Source: Octopus sinensis
Taxonomy: Eukaryota
NCBI RefSeq assembly: GCF_006345805.1
Contig: NC_043014.1
Span: forward strand, 8,804,001-8,868,000
Length of the DNA stretch: 64,000 bases
Reading direction: 5' to 3'
Position 1 is the stretch's first letter. Every line of letters begins with the position of its first letter. Below the pieces are notes generated by a model that searched no databases, was not told the origin of the DNA, and saw only the letters and a program-made list of their open reading frames with translations. The position numbers and the translations under genes are program-made. Shown in pieces: positions 52,586 through 64,000 of this stretch.

Positions 52586-52807
52586 CAGGGGTTCCCAAAG
52601 TGGGGCGATAATGGGGTAGTGATTCATGTAAAAACAACAAAATAATGACTTCGTTAGGTTAAGTTTTATTTGTGAAATACAGTTGCTCTGAATTTGTTTC
52701 AGAAAGGGGTCTATGTTTGTGATGGATTTTTGGGCTGGGTTTGGGGTCTCTAGGGATGTGGCCTGGGTGTTAAGGGGGCAGCAGCCTGAAAAGTTTGGGA
52801 ACCACTG
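52586..52807. mobile_element. hAT-like MITE
   Basis: TIRs CAGGGGTTCCCAAA / TTTGGGAACCACTG; imperfect 8-bp flanks acataaat / atataaag. Confidence 0.65.
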
Positions 52808-52981
52808 ATATAAAGTGTTCTAAGTGTCAGAGCCGGTCCCAGGAATTTTTCGAAGAGAAGGCACAAGGTCAGAAGGAAATACAATTCCAAGAGAAAAGGA
52901 GGGTGTAATAACATTATTTAGAAGGGTGCTCTTCTTTTCTTGAGTGGGGGCGCATGAACAAAATGGAAAATGAGAACATCT

Positions 52982-53393
52982 GGCAGCTGACTTGGTAGAC
53001 ACCCATAAAATTATTACACTCTATACAAACAATAACTCTGAGCACCTTTTCAAACTCCACCTGTCTAACACCACGTGGGACATATTTACAAAGTCAGAAA
53101 AACAGCACAGCTCCATCCAGAACTTTAGGAAACATTTTTCACGCTGAGAGTGCTGAAAGCATGGAACAAACTGCCGGCATCAGTTGTTAGTTGTTGGAGC
53201 ACTGCATCCTTCAAAACTTCCATGCTTCCTGAGATTCGCCAACACTACACTTGATTTCCTCCCCTCCATACACACACAAGCATGTATCTGACTCATACAC
53301 TGTTCATTTCCAAGACATTTGTACATTACTGCATGTACTTTATATGCACTTTCTGACAAGTTGTGGTGCACCTGAGCACTGTATACAATAATT

Positions 53394-53428
<35 letters not shown>
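52982..53428 (+). mobile_element. CR1-like LINE 3' fragment
   Basis: ADLVDTHKII..LF..RGHIYKVRKQH..RKHFFTLRVLKAWNKLPASVV, typical of the CR1 ORF2 end, then a (TTA)n tail; the tail also occurs reversed at ~32405-32510. Confidence 0.8.
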
Positions 53429-53429
<1 letters not shown>

Positions 53430-53975
53430 TTATGAAATCACTAGAACATAATGGGGTAATGATTCATGTAAAAACAACAAAATAATGGCTTCATTAGGTT
53501 AAGTTTTCTTTGTGAAATACATTTGCTTTGAATCTGCTTCAGAAAGAGGTCTATGTTTGTGATGGTTAGTTGGGATGGGGGCTCTAGGGATGTGGCCTGG
53601 GTGTCAAGGGGGCAGCAGCTTGAAAAGTTTGGGAACCACTGATATAAAGTGTTCTAAGTGTCAGAGCCGGTCCCAGGAATTTTTCAAAGGGAAGGCACAA
53701 GGTCAGAAGGAAATACAATTCCAAGAGAAAAGGGTGTAATAACACTATTTAGAAGGGCGCACTTCTTTTCTTGAGTGGGGGCGCATGAACAAAATGGAAA
53801 ATGAGAACATAAAAAAAAACAAAAACATGGAAAACAAACTTTTTTACAAACAAGGAAAGAAACAAATAGAGAAACGAGACAGGCAACATAAAAAAAAACA
53901 ATCCCTTCATCAGTTGTCCCTTGTTTTATCTACTCCGCATTTCGAACATTGGGACATGTATACACCTATGTATAA

Positions 53976-54185
<210 letters not shown>

Positions 54186-54558
54186 TAATTTATGTTGCTT
54201 TCTTTCTGAATTCTAGACTGGTGTTGTTTTCTTTTTCTTCTCAGACTCTAGTCTGATTTGGTAGAGTTTCTATGGCTGGAGGCCTCTCCTAGGACCAAAC
54301 GTATATATCATGATCATCATCATCGTTTAGTGTCCGGTTTCCATGCTAGCATGGGTTGGACGATTCGACCAGGGTCTGGGAAGCCAGAAGGCTGCACCAG
54401 GCTCCAGTCTGATCTGGCAGTGTTCCTACAGCTGGATGCCCTTCTTAATGCCAACCACTCCTTGAGTGTAATGGGTGCTTTTTACGTGCCACCGGCATGG
54501 AAGCCAGACTCACAAACATATGCACGCGCACACACACACCACACACACACACACACAC

Positions 54559-54619
<61 letters not shown>

Positions 54620-55308
54620 TCATATATACAACGGGCTTCTTTCAGTTTCTGTCTACCAAATCCACTCACAAGGCTTTGGTCGGCCCGAGTCTATAGTAGA
54701 AGACCCTTCCCATGGTGCCATGAAGTGGGACTGAATCCAGAACCATGTAGTTGGTAAGCAAGCTACTTCCCACACAGCCACTCCTATGCCTATGTTAACT
54801 ATGTTGAATAAGTTTGAAATGTCCTTTATATTTGAAGATCATGAATTCATCTGAAAATGTTTTCTTTTACAATGATGAAATGTCCTTATTAATTAAAGGA
54901 GTCGTTAGAAACAGTCGTAATCAATTGTGTGTGTATTTATATGTATAATATATATATATATTATATATATATATAGTATATATAATATACACACTCATAT
55001 ATACACGGGCTTCTTTCAGTTTCTGTCTACCAAATCCACTCACAAGGCTTTGGTCGGCCCGAGTCTATAGTAGAAGACCCTTCCCATGGTGCCATGAAGT
55101 GGGACTGAATCCAGAACCATGTAGTTGGTAAGCAAGCTACTTCCCACACACCACTCCTATGCCTATTTAACTATGTTGAATAAGTTTGAAATGTCCTTTA
55201 TATTTGAAGATCATGAATTCATCTGAAAATGTTTTCTTTTACAATGATGAAATGTCCTTATTAATTAAAGGAGTCGTTAGAAACAGTCGTAATCAATTGT
55301 GTGTGTAT

Positions 55309-55343
<35 letters not shown>

Positions 55344-55438
55344 ATGGGAAGGTTTACGAAAATAAACAAAAGACGAAGGCAGGTGGAGTACAAACAAACA
55401 AATGTATTAGTATGGTGTTTGAATAGAAATAGAACAAG

Positions 55439-55476
55439 TCTTTTACGTCTCGAGCCTATGCTCTTCGACAGAAAGA
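55439..55476 (-). ncRNA. Variant or degenerate minimal hammerhead-like motif
   Basis: UCUUU-CUGUCGA-A-GAGC auag GCUC-GAGA-CG-UA|AAAGA; helices perfect but the core differs at two positions (A6U, A14G). Confidence 0.45.
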
Positions 55477-55844
55477 TACACAGAAAAAAACAAGGAGAGA
55501 AACAAACAAGGAGATATATACACACACACACACATACATACACATATATGGCTATTGCTCCGTCTTCACTGATGGTTGCTGTCTGTTTCTTGGTGCTTCG
55601 CCATTGTCATTAGTTTTTCTGACTTTCCGTCCACGACCTATCAGATGACTGTTAGGTCTTGTTGCAGATCTGCATGGTTTCGACCATAAATGACAGACAA
55701 AACTTGCAACTTATGGTGCTCTTCCAACTGCTCGGGTCTGCACACATCGCAACTCTTCCATTGCCATAGGTCTTCCAGAAGGCAGAACGACAAATGGGGT
55801 CACCATAAAAAGGGATGTCTGTGTGTCACTGGATTATATTACTT

Positions 55845-56252
55845 TTTTACTCTTTTACTTGTTTCAGTCATTTGACTGCGGCCATGCTGGAGCACCGCCT
55901 TTAATCGAGCAACTCGACCCTGGGACTTATTCTTTTTGTAAGCCCAGTACTTATTCTATCGGTCTCTTTTGCCAAACCGCTAAGTAACGGGGACATAAAC
56001 ACACCAGCATCGGTTGTCAAGCAATGCTAGGGGGACAACCACAGATACGCAAACACACACACGCATATATATATATACATACATATATACAACAGGCTTC
56101 TTTCAGTTTCCGTCTACCAAATCCACTCACAAGGCGTTGGTCGGCCCGAGGCTATAGTAGAAGACACTTGCCCAAGGTGCCATGCAGTGGGACTGAACCC
56201 GGAACCAGGTGGTTGGTAAACAAGCTACTTACCACACAGCCACTCCTGCGCC
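55845..56252 (-). mobile_element. SINE family B, full length, DECR1 intron 7
   Basis: Same organisation. Confidence 0.88.
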
Positions 56253-56263
56253 TACTATCTCTA

Positions 56264-56301
<38 letters not shown>

Positions 56302-56337
56302 GTTCTCTAACTTCTCTCTCTCTCTCTCTTTCTTCAG

Positions 56338-56460
56338 GTTTTCCGTTTTGATGGCGGTGAGTATCCAAGTATGGCTGGGGAGTTCAACAACCTCCTCGAC
56401 ATTACTCCAGAACAGTGGGATATGATGGAGAACATGATCCGTAAAGTGAAGGGTTCCTAA
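56338..56460 (+). CDS. DECR1: DECR1 exon 8 (last coding exon, TAA stop)
   Basis: (CT)n tract and AG acceptor; VFRFDGGEYPSMAGEFNNLLDITPEQWDMMENMIRKVKGS*. Summed CDS is 1035 nt = 344 aa + stop. Confidence 0.96.
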   Translation, partial: VFRFDGGEYPSMAGEFNNLLDITPEQWDMMENMIRKVKGS

Positions 56461-56675
56461 ACAGAACATAACTCCTCTTGTGTCCTTGCTGAAAACATAC
56501 TTCCATTGCCAATTCCACACATAAACTCTAAAACTTACCACCATGTCAGTTTTCCTGAAGAACAAAATATATTTTAGTCTATTTTTATGTATATAACAAA
56601 AAAATTGATGTGATTTCTGACTTTGGCCACAAAATGACAAATATATTATACTTCTTTTTCTTCTTATTATTATTA

Positions 56676-56724
<49 letters not shown>

Positions 56725-57114
56725 GGCAGTGTGCTGGCAGAATTGTTAGCAATGCCGGATGAAATGCTTAGCAGAGTTCCAAGTCCGCCGAGGTCCACTT
56801 TGCCTTTCATCCTTTCAGGGTCAATTAAATAAGAACCAGTTACACACTGGGGTCGATGGAATCGACTAGCACCCCTGCCCCCAATTTCAGGCCTTGTGCC
56901 TTTAGTAGAAAAGATTTTTATTATTATTATTATTATTATAGGCAGTGAGCTGGCAGAATCATTAGCACGCTGGACGAAATGCTTAGCGACCGAGGTCAAC
57001 TTTGCTTTCCATTCTTTCAGGGACAATAAAATAAGTACCAGTTAAACATTAGGGTCAGTGTAATCAACTCATCCCCTTCCCCAAAATCACTGCCCTTGTG
57101 ACAAAATTTGAAAC

Positions 57115-57150
<36 letters not shown>

Positions 57151-57495
57151 CATTATTATCATCATTATTACAGGTGAGCTGGCAGAATCGGTAGCCCACC
57201 AGGTGAAATGCTTAGCAGTATTTTGCCTGCCGTTACGTTCTGAGTTCAAATTCCGCCGAGGTCGACTTTGCCTTTCATCCTTTTGGGGTCGATAAATTAA
57301 GTACCAGTTACGCACTGGGGTCGATATAATTGACTTAATCCGTTTGTCCTCTCTGTGTTTAGCCCCTTGTGGGTAGTAAAGAAATAGGTATTTTGCCTGT
57401 CTTTATATTCTGAGTTCAAATTCTACCAAGGTCAACCCCTTTCACCTCCCCTCTACCTTGTAGCTACACCCCATTCATCTCCACCACCATCCCCC

Positions 57496-57559
<64 letters not shown>

Positions 57560-57940
57560 ATTCTGTCTCTTTCTCCTTCCTTTTCCCACAGGAGTAGCCA
57601 AGTATATCCTCTACAGTAAGGTCAACTTTGCCTTTCATCCTTTCAGATTCGATAAATTAAATACCGGTTGCATACTGGGATCAATCTAATCGACTGTCCC
57701 CCTCCCCCACAAATTTCAGACCTCATGCCTTTAGCTGAAAGGATTATTATTATTATTGTTATTATTATTATTATTATTGTTATCATCATCATCATCAAGG
57801 TGGTGAGTTGGCTGAATCGTTAGCACACTGGGCAAAATGCTTTGCGGCATTTCGTCCATCCTTACGTTCAGAGTTCAAATCCCGCCAAGGTCAACTTTGC
57901 CTTTCATCCTTTCAGGTTCACTGTAATTGACCGTATCCTC
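56725..57940 (+). mobile_element. Cluster of family A and related SINE copies separated by (TTA)n and (CT)n, downstream of the DECR1 stop
   Basis: Repeated aggcagtgagctggcagaat heads, each preceded by (ATT)n. Confidence 0.75.
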
Positions 57941-58312
57941 ACCCACTGATATTGATGGCAGCATGCCTAGGTTAGAAATAGTTATTATTTTTTATTACTT
58001 GCATTGCAATTGGGTAGAAAGGAGAATTGGTAGAGCATCAGAAAAATATGTTGTGACTTTCCGCTACACCCCTGTACATTCTGAGTTCAAATTCCTCTCA
58101 GTCCAGTTTTGCCTTTTATTCTTCCAAGGTTCATAAATTATATCCCAGTTATGTACTGGGTCAATTAAAATTAACTGCTCCAGTGGTTTCTAACCATTTG
58201 TTTTTCCTCAGTTATCAAAGTGCACTTGAAAACAAATAAAAGTATTTTTCCACATTTTGCTCAAGGTGTCCAAAACAGTATATTTAATAAATGTATTTAC
58301 CATATTTACTCA

Positions 58313-58415
58313 TGTGTAAGTCGCACTCATGTGTAAGTCACACTCGTGTGTAAGTCACACTCATGTGTAAGTTGCACTTGTGTGTAAGTCATGCTCGTGT
58401 GTAAGTCACACTCAC
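58313..58415. repeat. 17-bp minisatellite (catgtgtaagtcacact), ~6 copies
   Basis: Seen directly. Confidence 0.85.
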
Positions 58416-58420
58416 GTTTA

Positions 58421-58513
58421 AGGATATATACTAGATAGTAGTTTACCAAGCCTAAAAATGCTTCTAACAATTTGAGATTCGTTGGGGGAGGCATATTCCG
58501 TATTGCTGTTGCT
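58421..58513 (-). pseudogene. Ty3/Gypsy pol remnant (RT-RNase H connection)
   Basis: AIRNMPPPTNLKLLEAFLGLVNYY matches the AIxxMPxPxxxxxLxxFLGLVNYY motif. Confidence 0.7.
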
Positions 58514-59789
58514 CTGTTTTGTTTGTTTGTTTGTTGAGTGATGCTATCTTCGTCCCATTTGTAGTGAGAGAAGTCCGAAACATGGTCCTTTGCTATTCGT
58601 AAGACCCGCAGAAGAGAAAGCAGGTCAACTCCCGACACCGAGAGCATCGACGGATGGATGAATGCGCATCCAGGCTCAGCAGTTGCGTAGGAAGACGGGG
58701 ACAAGAAACAGGAAGGAAGAGTGGGAGAAAGTTGGAGCGAAAGAGTACAACAGGGGTTGCCACCACCCCCTGCCAGAGCCTCATGGTGCTTTAGGTGTTT
58801 TCGCTCAATAAACACACACAACGCCTGGTCTGGGAATCGAAACCGCGATCTTCCGACCGCGAGTCCGATGCCCTAACCACTGGGCCATTGCCCCTCCACT
58901 TGCCGTTGCTCTTGATGGGTCTGGCCTTCATCCCTTTTTCATCAACTATATGGGAAAAAAGACCTTCTTTCTAGGTCAGATAGTGGAGTCCTTGCACACA
59001 CACACACATCTGCATGTATATTTTGTAATATGCAGCACAATGTTTAAACAAAAAGAGGGAAACAAAAGTGCAACGTCATAATACAAAAATTTACTTGTTT
59101 CAATATTTTATGCAAATATTTAATTTAAAAGGTTTGATAATTGATTATTTATATAAATCAATTTTGTATAGAAATGAATTGTATTCAGAACAGAATAATG
59201 ATAATTGGAGCAATTAATTGTTTTTTAAGACAAAGCTAGTGATTAATATAATTGTGAAGTGAAAATGTATTTGATATCTAGTTTCATATTCTCTACGTAA
59301 ACCTGTGAAAACAATGGCTTTTTATCTGCATTTATCTGAAATAGTTACTCTTTTACTTTTCTACTTGTTTCAATCATTTGACTGTGGCCATGCTGGAGCA
59401 CCGCCTTTAGTCGAGCAAATCGATCCCAGGACTTATTCTTTGTAAGCCTAGTACTTATTCTATCGGTCATAAACACACCAGCATCGGTTGTCAAGCAATG
59501 CTAGGGGGACAAACACATGTATGTGTGTGTATGTGTTTGTGTGTCTGTGTTTGTCTCCCTAGCATTGCTTGACAACCGATGCTGGTGTGTTTATGTCCCC
59601 GTCACTTAGCAGTTCGGCAAAAAGAGACCGATAGAATAAGTACTGGGCTTACAAAGAATAAGTCCCAGGGTCGATTTGGTCTCCTAAAGGCGGTGCTCCA
59701 GCATGGCCGCAGTCAAATGACTGAAACAAGTGGTTCGGAAGCAAGCTACTTACCACACAGCCACTCCTGCAGATACATTCATGTAAACA

Positions 59790-60653
59790 TCGCCCATATA
59801 CCAACATGTACTAGCATTTATACACACACTCACACACACATACACACATCTCATATGACACACATATACATACACGTCTTTACATACACACATACATACA
59901 TATATAAAATATATATAACACACACACACATATATATACACACACACAGTCATACACAGGCTTTCACACCACACATCTCAACACAATAATATACAGGCCT
60001 TTACATTCAAACACACCCCTCCTCACCTCACTTCACACACGCACCTATATATATATACACACCTTTACATACACACACATATATACATATATACACACTC
60101 ATACACACACACAGACATATATATATATCAATATATACACACATACATCTCATATAACACACACACTAATATATAGGCCTTTATATTCACACACACCCCT
60201 CCTCACCTCACTTAACACACACGCACATACATACATGTATATATACACACTCATACACACACACATATATATATATCTGTATACACACATACACACAGCA
60301 CACATACTAATATACAGGCCTTTACATTCACACACACCCCTCCTCACCTCACTTAACACACACACACACACCTATATATATATATACACACTCATACACA
60401 CACACACATATATATATATCTATATATACACTCATACATACACACACACACATATATATATCTATATACACACTCATACACACATATATATATCTATATA
60501 CACGCTCATACACACACACATATATATCTATATACACACTCATACACACACACATATATATCTATATACACACTCATACACACACACATATATATATTTA
60601 TATACACACTCATACACACACGCACACATATATATATCTATATACGCACTCAT

Positions 60654-60686
<33 letters not shown>

Positions 60687-61020
60687 CACACTCATACACA
60701 CACACACACATATATATATCTATATACACACTCATACACATACATATATATATATATCTATATACACACTCATACACACACACGTATATATATATATATA
60801 TATCTATATATACACTAATACACACACACACACCTATATATATATATATACACACTCATACACACACACACACATATATATATCTATATACACACATCTC
60901 ACATAACACACCCCTCCTCACCTCAACACACACACACACATACACATATAGGCCTTTACACACAAACACTAACACATATTCGCCCTACAAAATAATCACA
61001 CGCGAGCATTCACACACACA
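59790..61020. repeat. Compound (CA)n/(TA)n repeat with higher-order ~30-bp and ~120-160-bp periodicity
   Basis: Recurring atatacacactcatacacacacac and ggcctttacattcacacacacccctcctcacctcac blocks. Confidence 0.9.
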
Positions 61021-62004
61021 ACAAACCCAGAGAGACACCTCACTAAAGATGTGTTCATGTGTACAGCTGTAAATTCTCAAGCTTAACTAGTTTATTGTCC
61101 ACAGAATATAACAAGATAATACTATTAACTGGAGAGGAAAATGGACACAGACATGTTTTCTTATGTCAGGTGTTTGGTTGTCTAGGATGGAAGAAGCTAT
61201 GCAGTGTAGTGGCATTCATGCCCTTCTAGTGAACATCAATAACGTATGTGAATCGTAACAGCTTTATCTTATATAGTTAGTTAGTTAATTTTTTGGCTCA
61301 AAAAGCATAAAGCAAGGCCATGTAGGGGGACATGGAGTTATGTACAGGGTGGTGTTCATGTAAAGAGTTCAGGCCATTTGTGGTCAAGGGAGACTTTGAA
61401 CCGAGCAGTCATCGGCATCCTCATTATCTCGTCCAGCGCTTGTCCACGGATCCGCAACCCAGACGGAGAAAGCTCCTCTCCTTCGATTGAGACGAAATCG
61501 TCGCAGATAGAGCTTTTCGGAGAGACCCCGCAGCCAACGCTCTGCAGCAGGAGGTTACACTTTCCGCTTATATCTTTACTGGTGTCACTCATTGGACTGC
61601 AGCCATTTTGGGGCATTGCCTGGAAGGGTTTAGTCTAACAAATCAACACCAGTATTTATTATTTTCATTATTTTTAAAGGTGGCAAGCTGGTAGAAACGT
61701 TAGCACGCCGGGCGAAATGCCTAGCAGTATTTCGTCTGCTGTTACATTCTGAGTTCAAATTCCGCCGAGGTCAACTTTGCCTTTCATCCTTTCGGGGTCG
61801 ATAAATTAAGTACCAGATGCGTACTGGGGTTGATCTAATCGACTGGCCCCTCTCCCCCAAAATTTCGGGTCTTATACCTAAAGTAGAAAATATTTCCATT
61901 TTTTTAAAATGTCTGTCGGTATCTTTTGCCGAACCGCTAATTATGGGAGACATAAAGTAGCTTTCACCAGTTGTCAATCAATGGTAGGAGACAAACACAA
62001 AGAC

Positions 62005-62049
<45 letters not shown>

Positions 62050-63011
62050 CAAGATTTTTTATGTGAAGTCGTGTGTTGAAACAGATATTGTTGTATTTAG
62101 GAATGGTCATTTTGCCAGTTTAGCCATAAAACACACGCACTATATATTGGTGTTACTTGCTTCAGTGTTATTTATTTTTTACATTAATCTTAATCTTATT
62201 CGGCCAGAGTTCTTTCGTCACACTCCTGTGACCGCATCAGTGGTCCTTTGTTTTTTATAAAATGAAGCTGTTGCGTTGTCACAGTTTTCTTTAGGCAACA
62301 GAATATAGTGTTCTTCAGCTTCTTGCAAGCCTGGCTATAGCTCACGTTAGTACGTTTAAATATTTGTTGTGCAAGATTTTTTATGTGAAGTCGTGTGTTG
62401 TATACTGTGACAGCCATTTAACCCTAGGAAACATCGACGTCTCCTATCGGCTTTGACACATTTCCCAGCTGACGGAGGTGATTGCCTCCACTTTGCAAAT
62501 ATAAGGACACAGAAAATACATCAAAGTTGACTGGAGATGTTGATGTTTCCTAGGGCTAAATGGCGGTGGTGTAATTCCCTTACGGGACTGTCACATTGAG
62601 TTGACAGTATACAACCACTATATCGCTCCACCACCGCTCATGTCTCTCTGAGACATTTAGAAATTCAATATTTCTAATATATATATATATATAAATGTGC
62701 CCTTTTAAAGCCTAGCCAGGCTCATGGGCCCGGTTTCCCAGTTTCAATGGCGTATGTGTTCCCCAGCTGAATGGGACGCCAGTCCATCGCAGCGTTACTC
62801 ACTTTTGCCAGCTGAGTGGACTGGAGCAACATGAAATGAAGTGTTTTGCTCAAGAACACAACGCGTTGCCCGGTCCAGGAATCGAAACCGCAACCTTACG
62901 ATCATGATGCATCATGAGTTGCAAAGCAGAAGCAACAAAGTGACTCAAGAGTTGACCGTTTCGATGCATTGGCACTTATCATACTATGATAATATCATTA
63001 GGAAATTTATG

Positions 63012-63412
63012 GCATAGGAGTGGCTGTGTGGTAAGTAGCTTGCTTACCAACCACATGGTTCCAGGTTCAGTCCCACTGCATGACACCTGGGGCAAGTGTC
63101 TTCTACTATAGCCTCAGTTCGACCAAAGCCTTGTGAGTGGATTTGGTAGACGGAAACTGAAAGAAGCCCGTCGTATATATATATATATATAGGTGTGTGT
63201 GTACATGTTTGTGTGTCTGTGTTTGTCCCCCCAACATCACTTGTCAACCGATGCCAGTGTGTTTACGTCCCATAACTTAGCGGTTCGGCAAAAGATACCG
63301 ACAGAATAAGTACTAGGCTTACAAAGAATAATTCCTGGGGTCGATTTGCTCAACTAAAGAGAATGCTCCAGCATGGCCACAGTCAAATGACTGAAACAAG
63401 TAAAAGAGTAAA
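63012..63412 (+). mobile_element. SINE family B, full length
   Basis: ggcataggagtggctgtgtggtaag head through gaaacaagtaaaagagtaaaag tail. Confidence 0.88.
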
Positions 63413-64000
63413 AGCGTGTATATATAATAGGAAGGGCATCCAGCTGTAGAAACATTGCCAGATAAGACTGGAGCCTGGTGCAGCCTTCTGGCTTCCCAGA
63501 TCCCCGGTCAAACTGTCCAACCCATGCTAGCATGGAGAACGGACGTTAAACGATGATGATGATGATGATGATATATATATATATAATATACAAAATGTGT
63601 GTGTATTCTTTCTCTCTTTCGGTGCATATATAATATAAATATTTAGAGAAGCACATGTCACAGTTAAGATAACACAAAATGTACATAAATATGACAGCAG
63701 ATTTACATAAATTCTCATTGTAAATTGCACATTTCATTCACTGTTTCTTCCCCTGTGCGTCTAACGTAAACGGTTAAATGGACTTCAAAGAGATTTAGTG
63801 AATAATCGTAAATATTAGTTTGGAAAAATGAAAAATATTTATTCACAAGAAACAAGGGTTGAAACTGAGAAGTTCAGAACTTGATACAGAGGATTTGATA
63901 ATTCCAATTTTGTCATTACAAGGGAATGCTATTAAGCTTATGGCCATATGTGTCTGGTCATTATAGGGTATTGATTTTGTCTGATAATCTGTTAAGTTTG

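Noticed and set aside
61330-61640. GC-richer segment with ORFs on both strands
   Set aside because: Probably a LINE fragment; no diagnostic motif and no splice context.

Overview
AT-rich, repeat-dense animal DNA; the repeat repertoire suggests an octopus-type cephalopod (inference). It holds one complete host gene, mitochondrial 2,4-dienoyl-CoA reductase DECR1 (+ strand, 8 coding exons, 11333-56460, 344 aa, all GT-AG introns, reading frame closes exactly). The rest is tRNA-derived SINEs, two RTE-clade LINEs in opposite orientation, Tc1, Helitron and MITE remnants, and microsatellites. The most striking structure lies in the 24-kb intron 6. (i) A tandem array of ~535-bp units, each with an intact type I hammerhead ribozyme on the minus strand, has the geometry of a twin-primed insertion of a multimeric RNA (retrozyme or Penelope-pLTR-like). 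(ii) Next to it are ~12.7 copies of a ~612-bp unit with TATA/Inr spacing, fused to a near full-length RTE LINE. Further Penelope-type hammerhead motifs occur in (TA)n-embedded elements and in a tRNA-Arg-like SINE. All folds and alignments were done by eye; no database search was run.
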